A DNA stretch of 64,000 nt from Octopus sinensis (Eukaryota), in contig NC_043009.1 in NCBI RefSeq assembly GCF_006345805.1, positions 60,264,001 to 60,328,000 of the forward strand, in the 5' to 3' direction. Of this stretch, positions 1 to 12,275 are shown in pieces (the first letter of the stretch is position 1; each line of letters begins with the position of its first letter). Made by a program: the position numbers and the translations under genes. The notes under the pieces were generated by a model. That model was not told where the DNA came from, did no database searches, and worked only from the letters and a program-made list of their open reading frames with translations.

Positions 1-99
1 AGAAATAACAGTAATAATGTTTAATAAATGTTGCTTACTGCAAGTTATGGATGATTCTTTTATGACTTCATTGCTTTCAGGCTTAGCTTAAGGTATTTT

Positions 100-277
100 C
101 GCTCCCGACATCACAAAATGCATCTGAATAAACATAGCCGGACAGCAAATAGAGACTCGGACATTGCTAAAAAAATATTTTTCATTTTTAACCTTGAATA
201 TAGTATGCACTAGGGATTTTGAACTTTAAATTGGGGGGGGGGCGGAAATGCGGATTATACTCGAGGATTTACGGTAT
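100..277. mobile_element. Right end of a pogo/Tc1-type DNA transposon
   Basis: gcggattatactcgaggatttacggta+TA terminal motif. Confidence 0.5.
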
Positions 278-977
278 ATAGGAAGTCAGTAAGGTGTGAC
301 AGAGACATAAGTTGCCCGTAGACCTAGCTCTACGGAAACCGTGCTATTGGTCACTGAGAAGAGTAGAAAAATGAATCACATGGTAAAAAAGGAACTTTCT
401 TACGACTGTTTCTGCCACCGTTCCACTGTCAAAAGTCAGGACGGTAGGGCTGTTGTTATCAGGGGCGGTTTTGTCCTTTACATTCTGAGTTCAAATCACA
501 CTGGAGTCTACTATGCTCTTCAACCCTCTGATATCAATAAATCACGTACCAGTAATGTCACCGGCGATCGATTCACTATACTTAATACTTAATACTCACT
601 GCAAGCTTATTTCTCTTACTTGTTCCAATATGACAAATGTAACAAATTGATATTAAGTATTGCCATGTGATGTCGAGTGAACGCAAAGCATCTCTCCACC
701 ATAATTTTTTTTTCTCTTTCTCTTTCCCCTTCCCTCTCTTCCACATATCTCCCCCTTTCGCTCTATTCTCTCTCTCTCATTCTCTCTCTCTCTCCCTCCC
801 TCTCTCTCTCTATCTCTCTCTTTCAGACAACTTTCATAAACAAACACTCAGCATGTGGTAATGAAATTATTCTTTGGCGGACGAAAATCGTTTTGACTGT
901 TTAATTAAGCGAATAGTCAAAATAAATGGAACCGGTGTGCCGTACTGACTTCTGTAATTTTATTAAACATACGTACA

Positions 978-1011
<34 letters not shown>

Positions 1012-1200
1012 TGTATATATGTATTCATTCATACATATATATATATGTGTGTGTGTGTGCATGTATATATGTATTCATTCATACATATATATGTGTGTGT
1101 GTGTGTGTGTGCATGTATATATGTATTCATTCATACATATATATGTGTGTGTGTGTGTGTGTGTGCATGTATATATGTATTCATTCATACATGTATATAT

Positions 1201-1251
<51 letters not shown>

Positions 1252-1751
1252 ATGTATGTATGTATGTATATATATATATATAAATATGTCTGTGTGTATG
1301 AATATATATATATATTTATATGTGTGTACACATGTATATGCATAAAAATATACACACATATATATATAGATACATACACACATGCACATATACACGGGTA
1401 CACATGGAACAATATATAAACACTCTTTCTCATTACACAGCAATATACGCACTGGCTTATTTTCCCTGGCTAAAGTAAATTCCAAAATGTGAGTGCATCA
1501 GCATGAACGTCGGAGAGAGGGGAGAGGAAAGACAGAGAGATAGACAGAGAGAGGGGAGACAGACAGAAAGAAAGGAAAGAAAGAGGGAGAGAGATAGAGA
1601 GAGGGGGGAAAGAGAAAGAGAAGGCGAGAAAGAGAGAGGAACATTGGTAGACAAAACATGATAAAATGCGAAGGGAAATACCAGATTGCAAAATAAGACT
1701 CCATAACTGTCGACGTCAGAGAAGGTGGGAAAGTGTTACTGAAAGAGATGA

Positions 1752-1785
<34 letters not shown>

Positions 1786-2097
1786 TCGCAGAAAGAGGGA
1801 AAGTGAGAGAAGCAGAGAGAGAGAGAGACCGGAGAAGAAGACGCTTCTAGATGCAATGTTATATATCAAGCAAAATGCGACGAAGAAAATTACGGAAAAT
1901 TACGAAAATTGCCAAGACTCAAGAACGAAAAGGATACACTCACACACACACACGCACGCACAAACATGCACACACTCACACACACATGCACGCACACAGA
2001 CTTGCACTCATACACACACACCCGCTGGTATATATATTTATATATATGCGTATGTGAGTGTGTATATGCATACATATACATACAGTGTATATGTGTG

Positions 2098-2140
<43 letters not shown>

Positions 2141-2341
2141 TTGTGTAATCGTAAATATCTACATATATATATATATATACATAATATATATGTGGGTACT
2201 TATGTGTATAACGTATACACCCAAACGTATAGATACATATACACATTTTCACACATTCCTTCAACCCCTTACACACTCACATACACACGCACACACACAC
2301 AATATATATATATACACATATTATAAACGTAGTCATACTTG

Positions 2342-2377
<36 letters not shown>

Positions 2378-2450
2378 TATATATATATATCATATATCAT
2401 ATATTATAAGTATGTGGTATACACATACATGCATAAGATACATACACACA

Positions 2451-2550
2451 NNNNNNNNNNNNNNNNNNNNNNNNNNNNNNNNNNNNNNNNNNNNNNNNNN
2501 NNNNNNNNNNNNNNNNNNNNNNNNNNNNNNNNNNNNNNNNNNNNNNNNNN
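2451..2550. other. Assembly gap (100 N)
   Basis: Run of N. Confidence 1.
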
Positions 2551-2659
2551 TTTCTTTTATCCGAATTTCACTCAGATTTCATTGGTTGACCAGAGGCTTA
2601 TATGAAACAAAGCTTGGGCAAGATGCCACTCGGTGAGATCGAACGCGGGACATACACAT

Positions 2660-3300
2660 AAGCAGCCACACATATACAGTCCTATGAATTCAATGAATAA
2701 CTGGAAACCACTTCAGATATAAGACGGATGGGAAGATGCATATTTAAAGAACATGGAAGAATGTTATGAATTATCCTTAAGGCCATGGAGTAATGAAGTG
2801 AGCTGGATGAATGGAGGATAAAAATGGAAATCGTTGATGAATCTTGTAGAGCGATATGCTTGATAAAAAGTTTCATCTATTTTTATCAAATGTAAAAATA
2901 AATCTAATAAAAATATGTGATAAAAAAATTAGGAATTCATAAAAATTTATAAAAATATATGATATAAAAATAAAAAAATTTTAATAAAATATATATTTTT
3001 TTTTAAATGGTAGAGTAAATTAAAATTGATTAAAAATAGATTGGATAAACGAATTGGATTAAAAGTGTGAAGGTAAAATATAGGAAACTATACAGGAATC
3101 TGGATTTAAAATGTATTAAAATGACCTAAGGTGAAGAGAAGTGAGTCGAAATAAAGAAAAAGCAATTGATAGTAATAGAGTATTGATCTGGTAACCAACG
3201 CGACAGGAAGTAAAGTAAGGGAGGAGGTGTTTCGGAATAAGCGGAAGTAATGAGAGCTCTTCGGAAAGGAGTTTACGAAAATTTACTAAGATGGCTGTAA
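2660..3300 (+). mobile_element. Highly decayed LINE remnant
   Basis: Broken Trp/Glu/Lys-rich frames resembling a LINE ORF2 C-terminus; many stops. Confidence 0.3.
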
Positions 3301-3389
3301 AATTTCCCAGTGTTTTTGTTCAACCAAAAGCAAAAGCGATGTTATTTGTTAAAGCAGTTTATAGCTGACTAAAAAGAATTTACATGTAT

Positions 3390-3812
3390 ACTCTTTTACT
3401 CTCTTTTACTTGTTTCAGTCATTTGACTGCGGCCATGCTGGAGCACCGCCTTTAGTCGAGCAAATCGACTCCTGGACTTATTCTTTGTAAGCCCAGTACT
3501 TATTCTATCGGTCTCTTTTGCCGAACCGCTAAGTGACAGGGACGTAAACACACCAGCATCGGTTGTCAAGCAATGCTAGGGGGACAAACACAGACACACA
3601 AACATATACACACACACTTATATATATATATATATATATACATATATACGACAGGCTTCTTTCAGTTTCCGTCTACCAAATCCACTCACAAGGCATTGGT
3701 CGGCCCGGGGCTATAGCAGAAGACACTTGCCCAAGATGCCACGCAGTGGGACTGAACCCGGAACCATGTGGTTGGTTAGCAAGCTACTTACCACACAGCC
3801 ACTCCTGCGCCT
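3390..3812 (-). mobile_element. SINE family B, full-length
   Basis: Reverse complement of 62755-63172. Confidence 0.92.
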
Positions 3813-5139
3813 ATATGTGTGCATGTACAAAAAGAGCCAAAGCTTGAATATTAATAACGAGATGTGATGTACGGGAGAATACATTTTTTTAAATGTCCTT
3901 ATGCCATTCTTAAAGTATGTATTATACACCTAGTGCTTTCGTGAGGGGGAAAAATGTAAACAAGAATAGGGCGGCTTCTCTGCCCTGAAGTCATGGCCCA
4001 TAATTATAATCTAAAATTTTCGCGGTTTTCTTTTTTCTCGAAAACGCCGATTCTGTTGGCACTCGCTCCATTACTCACTGTCCTCTAAAGATCGGAAACG
4101 TTAAACTTGCAGAAAATTGTAAAAGTTTTTCACTGAGAAGTAATATATAAAAATTCTTCAATATGCATTCATTCCTTTTTTTTTTACTACTCTTCGTTCA
4201 CGCAGTTCTTTGTGTCATGGCATAATAAGCACACACATACACACACATAGACATAATAGACATACACACATACATGCACGCATACATACATGCATGCGTA
4301 CATGCATACATACATACATACATACATACATACATACATACATACATACATACATGCATGCATACATACATATATACATACATACATACATGCATACATA
4401 CATACATGCATACATACATACATACATACATACATGCATACATACATACATTCATACATACATACATACATGCGTACATACATACGTACATACATACATA
4501 CATACATACATACATACATACATACATACATACATACATGCATGCATGCATACATACATACATACATACATACATACATACATACATACATACATACATA
4601 CATACATACATACATACATACATACATACATACATAGATGCGTACATACCTACCTTATAAATTTACGTTTATAGCATTAATAATTGGAACACTTCGTTTT
4701 GTTCGTAAATATCTAAGTCACAATGTGAAAACGCTAGAGTGTACAGAGAAAGAAATCAACCATCTAACTCGCATATCACAAGGGAAATCTCTTAACAGAA
4801 CAGTAAAAAATATGCATATCAAATAATGTCACGTTTTGAACGTGACATTATTTTTGCTACCTACATTCCAAAGATTTAAGCTTTGTATCTGTTTTAGAAA
4901 CCAACTCCTTCCTTATAGGAAGACTTCAAATTAATTAAAATGGAAAAGAACAAACGTATATACATGCCCACATACATACAGACGAATATACACACAAACG
5001 GATATACACACATACATACCGACAGACAAAATGAATATACGTACATACACCGAAACTATAAATTTTGATTTGTACCTATCATCATAGATGCATTAGGCTG
5101 TGTATCTATAGATTTACACACACACACACACACACGCAC

Positions 5140-5415
5140 AAAATAGAAGTGCTAGGTTTTTCGACGAAAGATCAAATGAAACTGACGCGGATTCTCCAAA
5201 GCTAATCTGTTAGTGGCACCGTGAAGATTTCTAAGACACTCCAAAACTTTTCCACCTGAGATTCTCATGCGAATAGATGCACACACTTGGGTGTGTGCAT
5301 CGACAGCTCAACCAATACCAACCACAAATTTTCAAACACCGGGAACTCTCTTGACTTAAAACGCCTTATCGCTTTGTTAGCGATTGGCTTGAAACTCTCT
5401 TAAGAACTTCAATGA
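5140..5415 (+). mobile_element. Dong/R4-type LINE 3' end (ORF tail + structured 3' UTR)
   Basis: LGFSTKDQMKLTRILQS*SVSGTVKISKT resembles the C-terminus at 41405; aligns with 33180-33500. Confidence 0.75.
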
Positions 5416-5749
5416 ATCCAAAAGAACAATATGCTTACATACATACATACATACATACATCTTTTTACTTGTATCAGCCATCTGACAGCCGTCATGTTAG
5501 GATACCGCCTTGAAGTGGGTTTTTTTTTTTTATCGAACAAATCTAGTCTCGGACTTATTTTTTAAGCCTAATACTTATTCTATCGACCGCTTTCTGTCGA
5601 ACCGCTAAGTTACGAAGACGTAAACACAACAACACGAGTTGTCAAGCGGTGGTAGGGGACAAACACAGACACGAAGACACACACGCACGCATCGATATAC
5701 ATACATACATACATACATACATACATACATACATACATACATACATACA

Positions 5750-5797
<48 letters not shown>

Positions 5798-6051
5798 AAC
5801 AAATTATGTTTAATTTATCTTTATATATATATATATATATATATACATTGGGCTTTTTACAGCTTCCGTCAACAAAATACATATACAGGGTTTTGGTTGG
5901 CCCGAGGCTATAGTAGAAGACCCTTTCCCAAAGTGCCACCTAAAACCATGTCGGTGGGAAACAAGCTTCTTACCACACAGACACGAACCATAGCCATCAC
6001 TCGCAAGTGCCGATGATCTGGCAGTATGTACCACATTTTTGCTAATTACTT

Positions 6052-6100
6052 TTAGGTCTCTATACATTTCTCAGCAGACATAGACACCATCTCCGACTTC
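6052..6100 (-). CDS. Tentative terminal coding exon (R-KSEMVSMSAEKCIET*)
   Basis: Phase-2 compatible AG at 6102/6101 would supply the tenth Cys, 11 residues after the junction. The acceptor is weak; the stronger acceptor at 6184 gives an immediate stop. Confidence 0.4.
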
Positions 6101-6356
6101 CTGTCGTTAGCTCAACGGAACATCGAGGACGTAACCGCTGGACGGAGATCTGCACCAGCACTTCGGCTGGTGCTCATTTTCAGCTGTGTAAACCGGAGAG
6201 ACGTAAAACGAAATGTCTTTCTCAACATATCATTCGGTCCAGGGTCGATTTGTTTGACTAAAGCTCTTCGAGGCGGTATCCCAGCATGACCGCAATCCAA
6301 TTACCGAAACAAGTAAAAGACAAATATTACGTCATTACCAGAAGCATTATACTGAC

Positions 6357-6610
6357 CTGTATTCTGTGTAGCCGTGTCCTCCGTACAAGTCATAGAACAG
6401 TTGAGTATTCTGAGGATCTTCTATCAAGCGGCAGAAGGCCCCATGTTGGAAGAAGCAGCTCTTATCGACATGATTTAATGGAAGGATTCCTCCGTTGAGT
6501 ATGTCAAACCCAGTTACCTCTATCTGGGAGCAAGTTGGGGCACTGGATTTGAGGGTCGGGATAAAAGCTGCCATATGACATCTCTTTACGTTTCGCAAAT
6601 ATTCTTTACT
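6357..6610 (-). CDS. Coding exon 3 of the stanniocalcin-like gene (SKEYLRNVKRCHMAAF...GHGYTEY)
   Basis: Acceptor tttttgtatatttgcag|, donor CAG|gtcagt. 254 nt, phase 0 in and phase 2 out, open frame with four Cys. Confidence 0.9.
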
Positions 6611-6652
6611 CTGCAAATATACAAAAACATATGGCAATGGTTAAAAATCTCA

Positions 6653-6742
<90 letters not shown>

Positions 6743-6764
6743 TGATTGATAGATTACTGTCTAC

Positions 6765-6925
6765 CTTTTCATCGAAAAAGTTGATGAATGACTCCACCTG
6801 GCGACACAAGTGATTACCAACATTAAAAGCAAAGTTTTGGTCAGCAGGACAGGTATGCGTTTCATCAAAACACCTATAAAAGTTGCAGTCACCTCTTGCC
6901 ACAAGCATGGCACACCTTTCTGCCC
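6765..6925 (-). CDS. Coding exon 2 of the stanniocalcin-like gene (AERCAMLVARGDCNFYRCFDETHTC...FFDEK)
   Basis: Acceptor ttttattcaacag|, donor AAG|gtagac. 161 nt, phase 1 in and phase 0 out, matching both flanking exons. Five Cys with spacing x8-x4-x6-x14. Confidence 0.9.
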
Positions 6926-7589
6926 CTGTTGAATAAAAATGATAGAAAAGTGTGAACATATACAAGTTAAGTAACATGGTGTAGAGACTGGGTTTGTAAT
7001 ATATGGGTGCGTTTAAGGAGGCGAGCTGGCAAAATGCTTAGTGGTATTTCGTCTGCCGTTACGTTCTGAGTTCAAATTCCACCGAGGTCAACCTTGCCTT
7101 TCATCCTTTCGGGGTCGATAAATAAAGTACCAGTTTCGCACTGAGGTCGATATAATCGACTTAATCCCTTTGTCTGTCCTTGTTCGTCCCCTCTGTGTTT
7201 AGTCCCTTGTGGGTAATAAAGAAATAGGTATTTCGTCTACCGCTACGTTCTGAGTTCAAATTCCGCCGAGGTCGATTGCCTTTCTTCCTTTCGGGATCGA
7301 TTAAATAAGTACGAGTTACGCACTGGGGTCAATGTAATCGACTTAATCCCTTTGTCTGTCCTTGTTTGTGCCCTCTATGTTTAGCCCCTTGTGGGCAGTA
7401 AAGAAAAATATTGTACATGTGTGTGTGTGTGTTAATTTATGCGCACTTATGTATGTGTTTGTGTGTGGTTTGTGCATGTCTGTATACTTGAGTGTATGCG
7501 CGCGCGTATGTGTGTGTACTTGTCTTTCTGTTTGTGTATGTTTCTCACCACACAACAAGTGGTGATGGTTTCTTTATGTCCCCGTATGT

Positions 7590-7645
7590 AGGTATGTCTA
7601 TATGTATCATCGTATGAAGGTTTGTAAGTAATTATGCCCATTCAC

Positions 7646-7686
<41 letters not shown>

Positions 7687-7782
7687 CGTCGTACTGCTGT
7701 AGGTATGTATGTACAGGTAACTACCACTCGCTCGTATTAAGCATTTTGCCAGGTGTACTAAGGATTCTGCCAGCTCTCTGCC

Positions 7783-7862
<80 letters not shown>
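7590..7862 (+). repeat. Direct-repeat copy 1 (paired with 12050-12275)
   Basis: Near-identical to 12050-12275 apart from an extra (TG)n tract. Confidence 0.9.
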
Positions 7863-7866
<4 letters not shown>

Positions 7867-8146
7867 CGAGACGAATAGAAAACGAGTCAAACTTATAAAG
7901 TAATGGCTGGTGTTTGGTTTGATTGCCCAAAACCCTCGATGACAATACTCCAACATAACAGCAATTCAATGACTGAAACAAGAAGAAATAAAAGGAAAAG
8001 AAAAAGGAAAAGAATCAAAGAAAGTAAATGAAGTGAAATGAGATTCTGTGATGTTCATGGTTTTATCCCAAGATCAAACAGCGTGCGTATAAGGAAATAG
8101 CTAAAGCCGAAAATCGAAGCTGATACAGAGACACATCTCTCAAGAC

Positions 8147-8570
8147 TAGTGGTTCTCATCGGAAGTCCGTATGACCCCTGGAGATCCATATAAAATTTGG
8201 GAGGGTTCCACGTAAGTAAAATAGTAAATTTGGGAGCTGCAGTAATATATTCAGGTTCCATGAAAATATTTGTTTTAGAAATATTTATAGCAAGAACAGC
8301 TCCGTTTTTTTCTCTAATGTTTTACGCTCTTCAACCTTTACAAGTGAATGTGTGACGAACTAAATAGATATTTTGAAAGAGGTATCTATAAGATTAGTTT
8401 ATAATTAGGCGCAGGAGTGGCTGTGTAGTAAGTAGCTTGCTTACCAACCACATGGTTCCGGGTTTAGTCCCACTGCGTGGCACCTTGGGCAAGTGTCTTC
8501 TACTATAGCCTCGGGCCGACCAAAGCCCATGTGAGTGGATTGGTAGACGGAAACTGAAAGAAATCCGTCG

Positions 8571-8603
<33 letters not shown>

Positions 8604-8665
8604 TATTATATATATACAAAGAAGTAAATATATGGCACAACGAAGTACCGATATTTGCATTACTA

Positions 8666-8703
<38 letters not shown>

Positions 8704-9013
8704 TATTATATGTGTGTGTGTGTATGTTTGTGCGTTTGTGTTTGTCCCCACAACATCGCTTGACAATGATGCTGGTGTGTTTACGTCCCCGTAACTTAGC
8801 GGTTCAGCAAAAGAGACCGATAGAATAAGGACTTACAAAGAATAAGTCCTGGGATCGATTTGCTCGACCAAAGGCGGTGGTCCAGCATGGCCGCTGTCAA
8901 ATGACTGAAACAAATAAAAAAAAATAAACATCGAATGGCTATTTGGGTCCACCAGAATAAAATAGTAATCAAAAGGGTCCATAGATTTTTTTTAAATAGT
9001 TGAGAGCCCCTGG
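8147..9013. mobile_element. hAT-like MITE interrupted by SINE-B (related copy 42619-43339 interrupted by SINE-A)
   Basis: Ends ctagtggttctca... and ...tgagagcccctg; internal gggtcc/ggaccc motifs shared with 42619-43339. Confidence 0.55.
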
Positions 9014-9192
9014 TCTAGACCTGCTCCATACAACAGGGGGCATTAAAATTGTTATTGATCAAAAACGAGATAAAAGATAGAAAATATAGATGGATATATT
9101 TGTTATAGATTTGTCAATGTACATGCGTGAGTGTGATAGAGAAAGAGAGAAAGAGAGGGGGAGAAAGAGGTGGAAGAGAGAGCGCAGAATTG

Positions 9193-9248
<56 letters not shown>

Positions 9249-9276
9249 TGTGTACAGCGCGCGCGTTTTTACTTAC

Positions 9277-11393
9277 TTAGGTTCGATGTTCTTTGAGCTA
9301 TTTTATTTCGAGCTGGTTGCCGGAAATTACGGGAAGAATCGTCAGTCGAGGGTCGAATGTCTGACCTCTGTCTCTGTGTGAAGGGCTTTACTGTTGACAA
9401 CATCGACTGCTGTACGCGTTCCTGCCACCAAGGAAACGGTCCATGGTTATTCCTATTGAATGAATGACTTGGATTTATTTTCAACCGAGGCCAAACTACC
9501 GGAGCTTTCCAATCGAATTCTTTGATTTGATCGCTGAAGCCACTTTTTAGTTTCGGTAGAGGAACTGTGATGCTCTCTGTTATTCTGCCTTGTTCAGGAA
9601 TTTTCTCGTTCCAGAAACTATTTCTCGATGCCCTCAATTTAGTTTTAGTTTGAGGAGTTTGTTCTGGTCCTGTTCTGTGGTTGCTTCTTGAAGGTACAGA
9701 GTGTAGTTTGGTAAATATTTCAGCTCTGGATATTTTTCGTTCGGGTTCAGGGTTTGATTGTCGTTGCTCAGATTCCGGATAAGGATTTCTTCGTTCAGGC
9801 TCAGGGCGAAGATTTCTCTGCTTATTTTCAGGGATTGAATGTGGGGGCCCAGACTCAGAAAATGGATTCCTTTGTTTAATCTCAGCAAACGGATTCTTTC
9901 GTTCAGGCTCAGAATGCGGATTTCTTCTTTCAGGCTCAGAAAATGGATTCCTTTGCTCAGGATCAGGACGAGAGTTCCTTCTTCAGGCTCAGGACGAGAG
10001 TTCCTTCTTTCAGGCTCAGGATGTGAATTCTTTCGCTTAGGCTCAGAAAATGGATTCCTTTGCTCAGGCTCAGGATGGAGGTTCCTTCTTTCAGGTTCAG
10101 AAAATGGATTATTTTGTTCAGGCTCAGGACGAGAGTTCCTTCTTTCAGGCTCAGGACGAGAGTTCCTTCTTTCAGGTTCAGAAAATGGATTTTTTGTTCA
10201 GGCTCAGGACGAGAGCTCCTTCTTTCAGGTTCAGAAAATGGATTATTTTGTTCAGGCTCAGGACGAGAGTTCCTTCTTTCAGGCTCAGGTTGGGAATTCT
10301 TTAGCCGAGGCTCAGAAAATGGATTTCTTCGCTCAGGCTCAGGACGCAAGATCCTTCTTTCAGGCTCAGAAAATGGATTTTTTCGTTCGGGCTTAGAAAA
10401 TGGATTTCTTCGCGCAGGCTCAGGACGCAAGATCCTTCTTTCAGGCTCATGATATGGATATTTTCGTTGAGGCTCGGAGTGTAGATTTTTTTGTCTTGTC
10501 TCATGATTTGCATATTTTTGCTGTAACTCTGGGATTGCAATTTTTCCTTCAGGTTTCGTGTAAGGACTCCTTAGTTCTAATTTGGGATTTGTATTTCTTT
10601 GCTCAGCTGCAGGTTGTAACCTTCTTCGTTCAGTAGCTGAAGGCTCTGGTTCAGGCTCAGAGTACAAAGAAATCCTTATCGAATTCTCACTCAACCAACT
10701 GTTCTTTCGATTCCTTTTATCTACATCAGATATTGGAAAAGTTCTTTGAATATTATCACCAGGAAATATTCCTGAAGGTTTTACATCAAGTACAACTTTT
10801 TCTCTTTTTGATTCTGTTCTTCCTGAATTTATTTTGTGATCTTTGTAAGGAATTAACCAGCCAGATTCTGAGAATCTTTGAATTGGATTAACACTTGGAT
10901 AAATAATCCTTGTCCACGGTCTAACATTGATTCCGTTGATTTCACCGGCAGTAAATCTATCTCTTTTAGACATCGCCGGATTTGCAGCAGACTTTATCCT
11001 TGGCTGTTGCGTACCACGTTTCACTCTGTTGCGTCTCAGAGACGTCCCGGCCTCTACAATACTGCGAAATGTTTCGATTGGAGGATCGGCGGGAAAAACG
11101 ATTCGCTTCGATTGAGTTTTTCGAAATCTAGAACTGACGTTTGGTGTGGCTGTCTCAACATCACTAATCAATATTTTTCGGAAATAATTTTTCGCGTATT
11201 CTTTATCGCGGTTCGAGCTTTCGCTGCTGAGGTGATCAGACAATGCTGCAATTCCCATGGTATCTGTTGTATGGACATCAATAAATGCAGTCGGCAAAAT
11301 ATGTACGTGAGATTTGGTGGTTAACATGCCTGTAACAGATGTAATGCATGTAGCTGTGGTTAGAAACCATAACACCGAGAACAAAAGATCCAT
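9277..11393 (-). CDS. First coding exon of a secreted stanniocalcin-like protein: signal peptide, pro-region and ~30 x 9-aa EPERR repeats; two 1-nt deletions (~10191, ~9982)
   Basis: ATG at 11393 starts the hydrophobic leader MDLLFSVLWFLTTATCITSVTG. A furin-like RNRVKR site follows. The EPERR repeat frame is continuous if single-base deletions at the T-runs 10190-10195 and 9982-9983 are corrected; both are visible against sister repeat units. The exon ends at a phase-1 donor CTAA|GTAAGT (9277/9276). An upstream acceptor is available at 11434 or 11414. Confidence 0.85.
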
Positions 11394-11895
11394 CCTTGCT
11401 CTCTTCAGCAAAACTGATTTAATTGTAAGTTACCTGTTCAGGTAAATGTAAAGATAGCTAACAGCGTCGATATTATGTTAGACAGTTTCGGTGGTAGGAT
11501 GTAGCTGTGATGGCGGAAGTGGTGGTGGTGATGGTATGGTGACGGTAGTGGGGGGGGGTATGGTGATGGTGGTGCTGCAGCTAATAGTAGAAGTAGTAAT
11601 AGTAGCAGTAGTAGCAGCAGCAGTGTTCGTGGTGGTAGATAAAGTAGACGTGGTGGAAGTGACGGTGGTATTAGAAGTAGTAATATTGGTAGTGGTGGTA
11701 GCATTGGTATTAGTGTTGGCGGAAGTGACGACAATGGTGGGCATGTAGTAGTAGTAGTAGTAGTAGTAGTAATTATGTTGATGCTTTTAGTGATAAAGAT
11801 GGTAGTGGTGATCGTTGTACAGGTTGTGGTGGTGGTGGTGGTGGTGGTGGTGAGAGGAACAGGAACATAATCATAGTGCAACTGCAATGGTAGTG

Positions 11896-11934
<39 letters not shown>

Positions 11935-12049
11935 AATTTTCAGGATATTTGACTAATTCGACATACGTGAGAGAATATGTATGTATCTACGAATGTATAT
12001 TTGTATACGTATGGGAATGTTTATACTTAATTTGTGTATATCCGCGTGA

Positions 12050-12210
12050 AGGTATGTCTATATGTATCATGGTATGAAGGTTTGTAAGTAATTATGGTCA
12101 TTCACGTATGTGAACGTCGTACTGCTGTGTGCATGTATGTACAGGTAACTACCACTCGCTCGTATTAAGCATTTTGCCAGGTGTACTAAGGATTCTGCCA
12201 GCTCTCTGCC

Positions 12211-12275
<65 letters not shown>
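12050..12275 (+). repeat. Direct-repeat copy 2 (paired with 7590-7862)
   Basis: Same ggtatgtctatatgtatcat...gccagctctctgcctt(aat)n sequence. Confidence 0.9.

Noticed and set aside
653-2636. Many ORFs of the CVCV/YIYI/HTHT/LSLS type (also ~4190-4670, 21770-22720, 31390-32070, 37135-37650, 43790-44370, 61530-61900)
   Set aside because: Translations of di- and tetranucleotide microsatellites, open in several frames, with no splice or signal context.
4075-4140. Alternative fourth exon (SEKLLQFSASLTFPIFRG) and the 6183 acceptor for the stanniocalcin-like gene
   Set aside because: Both are phase-compatible but supply no tenth Cys (6183 gives an immediate stop). Not excluded; needs RNA data.
10185-10200. 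Programmed ribosomal frameshifting as the explanation for the broken exon
   Set aside because: The A-run is not in X-XXY-YYZ register, two separate shifts would be needed, and sister repeats show simple one-base losses.
11438-11887. Thr/Pro/Leu-rich ORFs just upstream of the large exon (and at 14430-15073)
   Set aside because: Degenerate (GGT/AGT)n microsatellite with frequent frame changes; lies upstream of a good splice acceptor.
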